DNA of 21,412 nucleotides from a virus (Duplodnaviria > Heunggongvirae > Uroviricota > Caudoviricetes), in the IMG/VR virus record IMGVR_UViG_3300049825_000338, positions 84,600 to 106,011 of that record; one strand, 5' to 3'. Positions 1 to 7,699 of the stretch are shown here, in pieces. The notes below the pieces were generated by a model. It did no database searches. It was not told the origin of the DNA and worked only from the letters and a program-made list of their open reading frames with translations. Within the stretch, counting starts at the first letter, position 1. Each line of letters starts with the position of its first letter. The position numbers were made by a program, and so were the translations under genes.

Positions 1-2
1 CA

Positions 3-929
3 TTTGGGTTGACAGGAACACCTCTAACAAACCACATCGGCACTTACTGGTCTATCTTGCGGCTAGTAGCTCAGCACGAGTGGCCGAGCAAGACGCGCTA
101 CATCGACAACTACGTTGCCACATCCGTGTCTCCGTGGGGTGGTATGGAGATTCACGGTCTCAATCCGCACACCATTGAAGAATTCTATGGGTTGATTGAG
201 CCTCGTATGTGGCGACGAACATATGAAGACGTGCATGGCGAAGCTGATCAGCCCGAACCGCAGCAGCGGTTTCTTGAGCTGCCTACAGCGGTTCGCAAGG
301 CGTACAACCAGCTTGACGATACATGGATTTCGGAAGACGAGGGCTATGTCACTACGCCGTTAGAGTGCAATACGCGCCTTCATCAGATGGCATCGGGATG
401 TCTATCTTACGACCAGACTACGGGTGAGTGGCACATCACCTCACCGTCATGGAAGGTTGATGAGCTTCGGCTGGTTGCCGAAGAGCTTGGCGACGAGCCG
501 TTTGTTGTTTTCACTGTTCACACTGATCTTGCTGTCTTAGCGCTTGCTGGTCTAGAGGCGGAGGGAGTCTCGGCTGTGTACATGAACGCCTCAATGTCTG
601 CCGCTGAGCGCATGAAGTGCATAGACGATTTTCAATCCGGCAAGGTTCGTGCGTTCATTTCGACTTATAGTCTTGCGTCGGAAGGACTCGACTTGAGCGT
701 TGCCGACACTATTGTTCGTCTTCAGCGACCATGGTCTATGGTGAAAGATGAGCAGGCAAGTTTGCGAACCATGAACCCGATGAAGGGTAACAAGCGTCCT
801 CTGTACATCGACATTCTTACAGCTGATACGGTTGACGAGCATGTTGCGATCGCTTTGGACCGTAAAGTAGAGAATCTAGAAGAACTAGTGAGAGATAAGA
901 CGAGACTACGAGAGGCCATCACAATATGA
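3..929 (+). CDS. SNF2/SF2-type helicase, C-terminal part (5'-truncated by window edge)
   Basis: Frame is open from position 3 (FGLTGTP = SF2 motif III). Followed by SNF2-like NH..YWSILRLV, then helicase-C features (VVFT, motif V SEGLDLSVAD, motif VI-like QASLR). The TTG at 9 is not a real start. Confidence 0.85.
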   Translation, partial: FGLTGTPLTNHIGTYWSILRLVAQHEWPSKTRYIDNYVATSVSPWGGMEIHGLNPHTIEEFYGLIEPRMWRRTYEDVHGEADQPEPQQRFLELPTAVRKAYNQLDDTWISEDEGYVTTPLECNTRLHQMASGCLSYDQTTGEWHITSPSWKVDELRLVAEELGDEPFVVFTVHTDLAVLALAGLEAEGVSAVYMNASMSAAERMKCIDDFQSGKVRAFISTYSLASEGLDLSVADTIVRLQRPWSMVKDEQASLRTMNPMKGNKRPLYIDILTADTVDEHVAIALDRKVENLEELVRDKTRLREAITI

Positions 930-1204
930 ACGTAAAGGAACTACAGGCCGCACTAGCTGAGATAGACGGCGACATGCTTGTTGTACTTAGCAGCGATAGT
1001 GAAGGAAATAGCTTTTCACCATTATCTGACTCTGAGATCAGGCGCTATGACGCAACGTCAACGTGGAGCGGTGAAACTCATCCAGATGGTCTCGATCCAG
1101 CAAATGCCGAAGACGTGCATGACTACACCTGGGACGGTGACCCCGAAGGAATTGAGTGGATCAACACTCTACCGAAAGTAGTAGTGCTGTGGCCGACAAA
1201 CTGA
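926..1204 (+). CDS. Small acidic hypothetical phage protein (92 aa)
   Basis: ATGA overlap with helicase stop. MNVKELQAAL N-terminus is typical of small phage proteins. About 19 D/E versus 4 K/R by hand count. Confidence 0.75.
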   Translation: MNVKELQAALAEIDGDMLVVLSSDSEGNSFSPLSDSEIRRYDATSTWSGETHPDGLDPANAEDVHDYTWDGDPEGIEWINTLPKVVVLWPTN

Positions 1205-1488
1205 CTGTTGGGCAGCTTCGTCACATGCTGCAAAATGTGCCTGATGATATGTTGATTGACATTGATAGAGATGAAAGCGGACGACTTATTTTGAGTGTGT
1301 CTATGTCTTTCCCATTAGCAAAGGGCGAGAGCGTCGTTCCTAGCGTCAACATATTTAAGAGAGTCAGGTCGGTTTGCAGCCCAAACAACCGGCACTCAGA
1401 GGCGTGCAGATGTGACGGACGAGGTGTCATACCTAACCCTGATGGGTTTATTGTAGGGTGCCCCTGCGAAGATTGTTCAGTTCTATGA
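1201..1488 (+). CDS. Hypothetical protein with C-terminal Cys/His cluster; start uncertain (CTG 1201, ATG 1156 or ATG 1225)
   Basis: ORF fills the gap between coupled genes and ends in an ATGA overlap at 1485-1488. LTVGQLRHML aligns with the N-terminus of the previous gene. C-terminus is C..H..C.C...CPCEDC. Confidence 0.6.
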   Translation: MTVGQLRHMLQNVPDDMLIDIDRDESGRLILSVSMSFPLAKGESVVPSVNIFKRVRSVCSPNNRHSEACRCDGRGVIPNPDGFIVGCPCEDCSVL

Positions 1489-1817
1489 CCACCAAACGGA
1501 AGGGCAGACTTGCCATTGACCAGGCTGTCGTGGCGTCTAATAACTTACGAGCGGAACTTCTTCAGCGGTTCATTCCGGACTGTCGCTGCCAGCCAGCGAT
1601 TCAGGAGTTTATGCTAGAACGCGTCGTTAAGGCGTTCGATGATCCGTGCCTAGTTATCCATCTGAGTGACCATACTTACACAGATTTTTCGCATGATGAG
1701 ATACGGTTTAGAGGTCAGTGCTATGTAGACGGGGTTAGAGTTCGTCTTGACGAATTAGGGACCGACTTGGTCAGTCTTTCGGTTCCTCCTTATCGGTCAG
1801 CGATTATCACCGTATGA
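1485..1817 (+). CDS. Hypothetical protein (110 aa)
   Basis: ATGA overlaps at both ends (1485-1488 and 1814-1817), so the start is ATG 1485 rather than 1458. Confidence 0.65.
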   Translation: MTTKRKGRLAIDQAVVASNNLRAELLQRFIPDCRCQPAIQEFMLERVVKAFDDPCLVIHLSDHTYTDFSHDEIRFRGQCYVDGVRVRLDELGTDLVSLSVPPYRSAIITV

Positions 1818-2758
1818 CTTGGAAGATATCCAACTCCGAGATGGAGACGTTCATGGATTGTCGGCGCAAGTGGATGCTCCAATACCACTTCAACTGGGCA
1901 CCTATAGCCGAGACGATCGAGAAGGTGGCTGCGCGAGACGCTGGCACGGTAACACACGCTGCACTTGAGGCATTCTATTTGACCGACGAAGAGCGAGCTG
2001 GTACTGACGTAATCAGCAGCATGAAGTTTGAGCGTCTACTTGGTTTGGACCCTGTGGAAGCGAAGGCCGTAGGCAGCAAAATCTTTGACAAGGCGCACGC
2101 TATGTATACCGGCTACCTTGAGTGGCTGGAGCAGACCGGAGTAGATGAGGGTCTGTCGTATGCATCAATTGAGAAGTCCATCGAAACGGTTCACCCCGAT
2201 CACCCGGATGTTGTTGTCAGAGGCAAGATGGATCACGAGATTCAGGATTCTTCGGGTAACTGGTTCGTGGGCGACTGGAAGACATCGGTCGACATTGCTA
2301 GACCTATTCAGTTGATGAATCTCGGCATTCCGCAGGCACTTACGTATGTATGGGCGAGTGGACGAGAAAATCGTGACCGCGTGTATCTTGGTGCGCTGTG
2401 GTCGATCATGCGTAACGTCAAGAGAGGTCCAAAGGCCGAGCCACCGTTCTTTGCTCGCCACCTCGTCCGCATCTCATCCGAAGACCTCGCAAGCCACGAG
2501 CAGCATCTCTCAGGAGTTCTTTCGGAGATGAAGCACGTCAAGGCCGAACTTGACCGAGGCGTGAATCACAATCTTGCAGCGTTCCCTCACCGCAGTGAGA
2601 ACTGTTTGTGGAAATGTCCGTTTCTTTCCGTGTGCGGTTCGATGAACAGCCCACGCGTAACACCCGAAAACTTAGAGGAGTTTGAATATGTCCGAATTGA
2701 CCCCAACGCACGATATCAACGAAGTGATTCTTCGGAAGCTGGAGACGTTGTTAGCTAG
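1814..2758 (+). CDS. PD-(D/E)XK exonuclease, RecB/AddB/Cas4-like with predicted 4Fe-4S cluster
   Basis: N-terminal SNSEMETFMDCRRKW, then GTVTHAALE, catalytic RGKMD...GDWKT, and C-terminal CLWKCPFLSVC. The 1+3 Cys arrangement is that of Fe-S staple nucleases. Confidence 0.85.
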   Translation: MTWKISNSEMETFMDCRRKWMLQYHFNWAPIAETIEKVAARDAGTVTHAALEAFYLTDEERAGTDVISSMKFERLLGLDPVEAKAVGSKIFDKAHAMYTGYLEWLEQTGVDEGLSYASIEKSIETVHPDHPDVVVRGKMDHEIQDSSGNWFVGDWKTSVDIARPIQLMNLGIPQALTYVWASGRENRDRVYLGALWSIMRNVKRGPKAEPPFFARHLVRISSEDLASHEQHLSGVLSEMKHVKAELDRGVNHNLAAFPHRSENCLWKCPFLSVCGSMNSPRVTPENLEEFEYVRIDPNARYQRSDSSEAGDVVS

Positions 2759-2885
2759 CGTGGCGCTACTAATTGATAGCGCTCCTCGGATGACGCTCGT
2801 TCCGGCTGAGTTTGTCCGTAACTTAAACGGGCTTGCTGAGGCTTACAATGCATTTGAGGAGTCTTACAATGGAAAGTTGTCATAG
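2688..2885 (+). CDS. Hypothetical 65-aa helical protein overlapping the exonuclease 3' end by 71 nt
   Basis: GAGGAG (2675-2680) lies 7 nt before ATG 2688. ORF fills otherwise empty space up to the ATPase. Confidence 0.5.
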   Translation: MSELTPTHDINEVILRKLETLLASVALLIDSAPRMTLVPAEFVRNLNGLAEAYNAFEESYNGKLS

Positions 2886-2940
2886 CCAATGCTCACGCCG
2901 GAAACTGGGAAGAAGCTTCATGAAGTTTTACGGACAAGTT

Positions 2941-2949
2941 TGGTAAAGT
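2941..2949 (+). promoter_or_regulatory. Candidate extended -10 promoter (TGG-TAAAGT) for a leaderless ATPase transcript
   Basis: TGn-TANNNT ends 5 nt before ATG 2955. No clear SD. Confidence 0.35.
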
Positions 2950-2954
2950 AGAGA

Positions 2955-3677
2955 ATGAATCCAACGCTTTCTATTGTAGTTATGGGACCACCAGGATCAG
3001 GAAAGTCCTGGCTTGCGTCAACCTCTCCCGGACCTCGTCTAGTTATTGATGCCGAGGGAGGATCACGATTTACTCGCGTTCCTAAGATCACGTGGAATCC
3101 ACAGACGGAGCCAGTACCGACAGACCTGACTGAGAACACCTCAGTACTTGTCAATGTGACCGACTGGTCGATCGCAGAGACGCTATACCGGTATCTCCTA
3201 GAAGGAAACCATCCATTCAAGTCAATTATTATTGACACGATCACAGAGTTACAGAGTCGTCTGATTGATAACATTTCTGGCACTAAGCAAATGCAGCTTC
3301 AGAACTGGGGGCAGGTTCGTCGTACAACCGAGGACTACGTGCGCAAGCTTCGTGATCTCACCATCCATCCGACTAAGCCGGTTGACGCAGTTATTCTGAT
3401 CGCTCAGGAAAACACTGTTGACGGCAAGAAGACGCCGATGCTCAGCGGAGCTACAGCGAGAACATTGCCGCAGTTCGTGGACGTGATCGGCTATCTATTC
3501 ACAAACGACGGTGTCAACCGAGGCCTTATGGTCTCAGCTATCGGCACGCACGCCTGTAAAGACCGAACAAATGTCTTCATTGAACGGTATAGTGGAGATG
3601 ATGGCATCGCTGTGATTCCAAACCCAAACATTCGTGGAATGCTTGAAGACCTATCCAACTCAGACGTCTTTAACTAA
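2955..3677 (+). CDS. P-loop NTPase, AAA_24/Sak4-like phage recombination ATPase
   Basis: Walker A GPPGSGKS, LVIDAEGG, Walker B IIIDTITELQ, VILIAQE and VDVIGYL. Sits between an exonuclease and an SSB-like gene, as in Sak4 modules. Confidence 0.8.
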   Translation: MNPTLSIVVMGPPGSGKSWLASTSPGPRLVIDAEGGSRFTRVPKITWNPQTEPVPTDLTENTSVLVNVTDWSIAETLYRYLLEGNHPFKSIIIDTITELQSRLIDNISGTKQMQLQNWGQVRRTTEDYVRKLRDLTIHPTKPVDAVILIAQENTVDGKKTPMLSGATARTLPQFVDVIGYLFTNDGVNRGLMVSAIGTHACKDRTNVFIERYSGDDGIAVIPNPNIRGMLEDLSNSDVFN

Positions 3678-3699
3678 TAGAAAGAAACCAAAGAAACCA

Positions 3700-4248
3700 A
3701 TGAGCACATCAGTAGCAGACCTTTTTAATCAATATGAACAGAACAAGACGGACGACAAGGTCGACAAGCCTCAAATTCCAGACGGAAAATATGAGGCCGT
3801 GATCACGAGTACAAGCCTGAAGAGCGCTTCTACGGGAAACCGCGGCGTCACTGTGAAGGTAACGTTGTCCGAGGGAGCCTACAAAGGCACTCAACTGTGG
3901 GGAACCGTGTGGTATGGTGCTGAGGGAGATTCCGACGCACTTCAGAAGTTCTTCCGCCTCGCCACGCAGCTTGGCCTGTCAGGCGAGTTCTTCAAGTCTA
4001 ATCCGACGTGGGATCAGATTGCGCTAGCTCTGAAGGATCGCCCGTGCAATGTCACGACGTCCACAGAGACGTACAACGGCGTAACTTCAAGTAAAGTCAA
4101 CTGGGTCAACAAGCCGACCAAGACAGCCGTCGTCACTGTTCCTGCTGCTGTTCCGTCACAGCCTGAAGTCCAGTTCACTACAGCAGCCACAGACGAAACT
4201 GTTGAGGCGACACCAGCGGTATCTCCGTCTCTTCGGCCGACTATCTGA
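3700..4248 (+). CDS. Probable single-stranded DNA-binding protein (DUF669-like OB fold)
   Basis: IPDGKYEAVI...SASTGNRGVTVKVTLSEGAYKG pattern. AGAAAG-type RBS before ATG 3700. Directly follows the Sak4-like ATPase. Confidence 0.65.
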   Translation: MSTSVADLFNQYEQNKTDDKVDKPQIPDGKYEAVITSTSLKSASTGNRGVTVKVTLSEGAYKGTQLWGTVWYGAEGDSDALQKFFRLATQLGLSGEFFKSNPTWDQIALALKDRPCNVTTSTETYNGVTSSKVNWVNKPTKTAVVTVPAAVPSQPEVQFTTAATDETVEATPAVSPSLRPTI

Positions 4249-4249
4249 G

Positions 4250-4942
4250 ATGACTTATCATCCAGCTAGGTTTTCTGAACCTATCCTGGACCTGTTCGAG
4301 AAGCTTATTCCGGCTGGCACACGTATTCATGATCCATGTGCCGGTACGGGTGAGCTTCTTGGCGCTTTGGCCGATAAGTGCGGTTGGAAGTTTACAGGAA
4401 CGGAGATAGAGAAGAGCTTCATTGTTGACCATCGCGTAGTAGAAGGAAACGCTGCCTACGGTTCAATGTATCCGTACAGCGGAGAACGGTTTTGGGTAGT
4501 CACAAGTGTGGCGTACCCAAACGGGATAGCGGATCACTTCAAGCCCACCAACGAATACAGAAAGTGGAAGCGGTTCACATATCGACAAGCTGTCAGCGAC
4601 AATGAAGGGGCCGATAGAGAGCTTCACGTCGACAACATGGGTCGCTACGGCTACAGAGGAACAAAGAGACTCGGCGGGTCGAAGAAGCGCCGAGAGTACT
4701 GGCGTCTAGCCAGCCAGTTCGCATTTCTATGGAAGGCTGCCGATCGCGTCATCTTGAATGTGTCTGACTTCAAGTCTGGTAAAGTTACTGAGCCGTTTGT
4801 TCAGGACTGGATTGATCTCATGACTGAGATGGGGTTCGACTTAGAGTCGCGTCATCACGTAGTAACTAACAGAATTGGGTACGCTAGTATCGACTCTCGA
4901 GATGAGAGAGTCGACTACGAAGAGGTTCTAGTTTTTACCTAG
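4250..4942 (+). CDS. Orphan SAM-dependent DNA amino-methyltransferase (N6A/N4C type) with a divergent catalytic motif
   Basis: HPARFS N-terminus, SAM motif I DPCAGTG, GTEIE, motif IV-like VTSVAY. ATG 4250 lies one base after the SSB TGA. Confidence 0.7.
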   Translation: MTYHPARFSEPILDLFEKLIPAGTRIHDPCAGTGELLGALADKCGWKFTGTEIEKSFIVDHRVVEGNAAYGSMYPYSGERFWVVTSVAYPNGIADHFKPTNEYRKWKRFTYRQAVSDNEGADRELHVDNMGRYGYRGTKRLGGSKKRREYWRLASQFAFLWKAADRVILNVSDFKSGKVTEPFVQDWIDLMTEMGFDLESRHHVVTNRIGYASIDSRDERVDYEEVLVFT

Positions 4943-5829
4943 GCCCACGACAGAAATGACGTATACTGACCATCTGGACCGACCGACCACTGATGAGCGC
5001 CGTGATCTCTGTATCTTATTTCAATTCCTGTCTCTGTAACTGTGACAGCTAGTGATCTGATTGGGTCATCTAGTTCGGCAGTTTGACCAACGTAGTGGAT
5101 GGCGCTAGCGTTAATACAGAGTACTCGTGTAGTTCCGTACGTGCGCACTACAACCAGCCCTGGGTCAGAAGTTGGGGTATGGACATGGCCAGCAAGCCAT
5201 GCAATTTTTTGTCCAGGATGTGCAGCTAGGACGGTTTCTATGGACGTTTGAGGGTTAGCGAACCAGTCAGTAGCGTCAATAGCCGCCCATCCTTGCGTAG
5301 CTGTTCCCCGTAAAGGAGCGTGACAACAGATCAACATCGGACGGCCAGCATAAGCAGTAAGTTGAGTGTCAAGAAATGAAATTGTCGCTGGTGACAAGTT
5401 AATTTGTGCCGTGCCTGATGGAGCGGAGTCAGGTCCAACAACGATTAGTACAGCAAATCCAAGGTCAACTACTTTGTTTTTCGTAGTGCCGTAGGCAGCG
5501 GCGGCTTGCTCGCCGGTTCGACCAACAGGTGTCGCCCAGCAGCAGTGATTACCAATAACAAGTACAGACTGCCTACCTGCTGCCATTTGGCTCATAATTG
5601 ACAAGGCGTCGGTATCTTGAGCAGCGGTTCCATTTTCTGTGATATCTCCAAGCAGCACAAATGTTGGAGGCAGTATGAAATCGGGTCCAGAAGATGTGTG
5701 GTCCGTAATATATTCGGAACGTCGGTTTGCTAGCAGACCTCCTGTGTGCCAACAACAAGCAACTTCAATTGTCTGAGCTAGAACTGGTCGATGTCCTACC
5801 CGCGACTGCGCTATTGGCCGACGTGACAT
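4939..5829 (-). CDS. Calcineurin-like metallophosphoesterase (Icc/CpdA-like), 296 aa
   Basis: LLGDITENG, VIGNHC, CCHAP and AGHVH motifs in the right order. TAATG overlap with the upstream gene puts the start at 5829, not 5898. Confidence 0.8.
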   Translation of the reverse strand: MSRRPIAQSRVGHRPVLAQTIEVACCWHTGGLLANRRSEYITDHTSSGPDFILPPTFVLLGDITENGTAAQDTDALSIMSQMAAGRQSVLVIGNHCCWATPVGRTGEQAAAAYGTTKNKVVDLGFAVLIVVGPDSAPSGTAQINLSPATISFLDTQLTAYAGRPMLICCHAPLRGTATQGWAAIDATDWFANPQTSIETVLAAHPGQKIAWLAGHVHTPTSDPGLVVVRTYGTTRVLCINASAIHYVGQTAELDDPIRSLAVTVTETGIEIRYRDHGAHQWSVGPDGQYTSFLSWA

Positions 5830-6353
5830 TAGAGCGGACGGAAGCGTATAGTGCAGCCTAGCCCATTTAGGGCAAGAGGAGTGCCTGTAGGGAAGCACGA
5901 TACTCCGATACAGTCACCTTTAGAAAAAGTACTAATCACAGGGTTAAACACAACAGCATCATAGTTCCAACCTTGGCGCTGCAATATCGCTGCGCCTCCA
6001 GTCACTCTAGTGGTTTTGATAGCAAAGCTTGAGCCACCGGTGCCGGTTGCAGCATTGAATTTGCGTAGCTCGATCGACCATGAGTTGACATCAGAAGCCA
6101 CAATTCCGTTTTGCCATGTTGAAAATTCGGCAGCCACTACTTGAAGTGGAAATGGTGCTACTCCTATAAACGCCGAAGCCGCCCCTACAGTAGAAAAGAT
6201 TGTGCCGAAGTTTACAGACATAGTTAGCTCATTGATGGTCGCACTTGTAGCAGCTATTTCCTGGAAAGCGCCGTTATAATCGGTGGCATTATAGTAGTTA
6301 CCAGGGTCATCAAATGCTGGGGTAATTACGGATAGATTCGCTCCTGCGGGCAT
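5829..6353 (-). CDS. Hypothetical beta-rich protein, putative virion/tail-tip component (174 aa)
   Basis: TAATG overlaps on both sides. Rich in Ala/Gly/Thr and beta-strand-like. Function inferred from context only. Confidence 0.55.
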   Translation of the reverse strand: MPAGANLSVITPAFDDPGNYYNATDYNGAFQEIAATSATINELTMSVNFGTIFSTVGAASAFIGVAPFPLQVVAAEFSTWQNGIVASDVNSWSIELRKFNAATGTGGSSFAIKTTRVTGGAAILQRQGWNYDAVVFNPVISTFSKGDCIGVSCFPTGTPLALNGLGCTIRFRPL

Positions 6354-7687
6354 TACACGACCGCCGCTGTGTTGGCAACGCCGAGTCGTGTGGCTCGGTT
6401 TGTGTTGTTAGCGGTTGATGTAACTGTCACACCATCAACCGTCACGTTGAGATCATTAAACGCACTTGTGTAGTCTCCGTTAAGAACGCTAACGACTGCG
6501 TGAGTTCCGGCTGTGATCGTGTAGGTAGCGTTATCAACCATAACGTCATCGCATTGAGTTGCTATCCCTGCTATCTGCAAAGACCCGGCAACACGTACGT
6601 TGTTTATTGATGGAGAGATATTATTGTTTGGGGTAATATCAACAACTCCAGCTTGAATTTGAGCATTAAAAATAGCAGGTCGCCCCGTTCCTAGCCCTGT
6701 AGAATTTAGGTTCGCAGACCCTCTGACAACGGAACGACTCATATCGGAATTTATCAAATTAGCTTGAGAAAGGCCGTCTATTGTTGATGCTACTGATGTG
6801 CTGGAAGTCAGACTAAGTGCGCCAAGGGTAGTTATACTATTTCCATCAGCTGATGAAGCAGTTCCAGCCGTTGAGAGAAATGCTCCGGAAGTCAGGGTAT
6901 TGGTTGTGACTTGTGAGGTGCCTGTTGAACTTTCCACCAGAAGGGTTGAGAGTCCACTGACAACGTTGCCCGACACAAAAGCTCCTTGATTAGAGACAAA
7001 TGTTCCGGTATCCAACCGAACAGTAGACGATTGTGTGACACTGTTACTTGCAACTTGGGACGTTCTTCCGTAAATTGTAAATTCCAACAAAGAAGAATCA
7101 TCCACAGTATTACTGGTTACTTGAGGATTGCCCCAGTCAAAATTTCCGATATTACTATTACCACTAATCTTGTTCTGTAGGTTATCGTGCAGCGATGTCA
7201 CAGCATTACTTGCAACGTTATAGGTTCCTGACCATGCCGGAGTTGCTGCTACGTGGCGATTCGTCACGATCGTGGCTTCATTTGCTAGTCGGTTGTTTGC
7301 CACGGCAAGAACCACTACCAAGTTTGGACCGAGTAACCGAGGACCAGCGACCCAGTCAGTTACGGCGTACAGGCATCCCGGCTGTAGTGTTCCAGCCAGT
7401 CTCAGGGCGTTAACCGCAGCCGCAGTGCCAGAAAGACAAATTCCACCACCACCGCCTCCACTAGAGGCAATTGTTAGGGCATTTCCGGCGTCGTTATACG
7501 TCAGCGTAATATTCGCTCCCGCAACAAGTAGAGCGGCTACGCGATCGTCAATTGTTTCGGAAAGACCCGCTGTATTTACTGAAATCTGATAAGGAGAGCC
7601 GACACTTCCGTTGCCGGTTACGGTCGTGGTGGCACTACTCGTGATGAGGCAGGCGCAGGTAGCGGCGCATGAACGACAGATAGCCAT
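6353..7687 (-). CDS. Tail fibre/tailspike with predicted right-handed beta-helix (444 aa)
   Basis: Cys-rich N-terminus and fibre-type ETIDDRVAALLVAGANITLTYND segment, then a Gly6 hinge. Recurrent N-x-V/I/L repeats follow (NSVTQSSTV, NVVSGLSTL, NTLTSGAFL, NSITTLGAL). Confidence 0.65.
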   Translation of the reverse strand: MAICRSCAATCACLITSSATTTVTGNGSVGSPYQISVNTAGLSETIDDRVAALLVAGANITLTYNDAGNALTIASSGGGGGGICLSGTAAAVNALRLAGTLQPGCLYAVTDWVAGPRLLGPNLVVVLAVANNRLANEATIVTNRHVAATPAWSGTYNVASNAVTSLHDNLQNKISGNSNIGNFDWGNPQVTSNTVDDSSLLEFTIYGRTSQVASNSVTQSSTVRLDTGTFVSNQGAFVSGNVVSGLSTLLVESSTGTSQVTTNTLTSGAFLSTAGTASSADGNSITTLGALSLTSSTSVASTIDGLSQANLINSDMSRSVVRGSANLNSTGLGTGRPAIFNAQIQAGVVDITPNNNISPSINNVRVAGSLQIAGIATQCDDVMVDNATYTITAGTHAVVSVLNGDYTSAFNDLNVTVDGVTVTSTANNTNRATRLGVANTAAVV

Positions 7688-7689
7688 AG

Positions 7690-7699
7690 GTATAGGTTA
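7690..7699 (-). repeat. Intergenic 10-bp motif TAACCTATAC, copy 1
   Basis: Plus-strand GTATAGGTTA at 7690-7699, identical to 10249-10258. Confidence 0.6.

Noticed and set aside
1814-2758. Cas4-like nuclease as evidence of a CRISPR system
   Set aside because: No repeat-spacer array or other cas genes. The context is a phage exonuclease-Sak4-SSB recombination module.
2889-2954. ATG 2889 ORF (MLTPETGKKLHEVLRTSLVK) in frame with the ATPase across a single TAG, suggesting amber readthrough or recoding
   Set aside because: TAG ends several clear genes here (2758, 4942, 4939, 7700, 18244, 18582). No long ORF is broken by TAG and no CUA tRNA was seen. An extended -10 at 2941-2949 better explains a start at 2955.
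3678-3699. Tandem AAGAAACCA repeat before the SSB gene
   Set aside because: Only two 9-nt copies in an A-rich RBS region. Most simply a translation-initiation region or slippage duplication.
591-4432. Short - strand ORFs opposite the replication genes
   Set aside because: Shadow ORFs of the coupled + strand operon.
4939-5898. Longer metallophosphoesterase start at 5898, and a Tat signal in MSRRPIA
   Set aside because: The extension overlaps the upstream gene by 70 nt, whereas ATG 5829 gives a TAATG coupling. The RR is not followed by a hydrophobic h-region.
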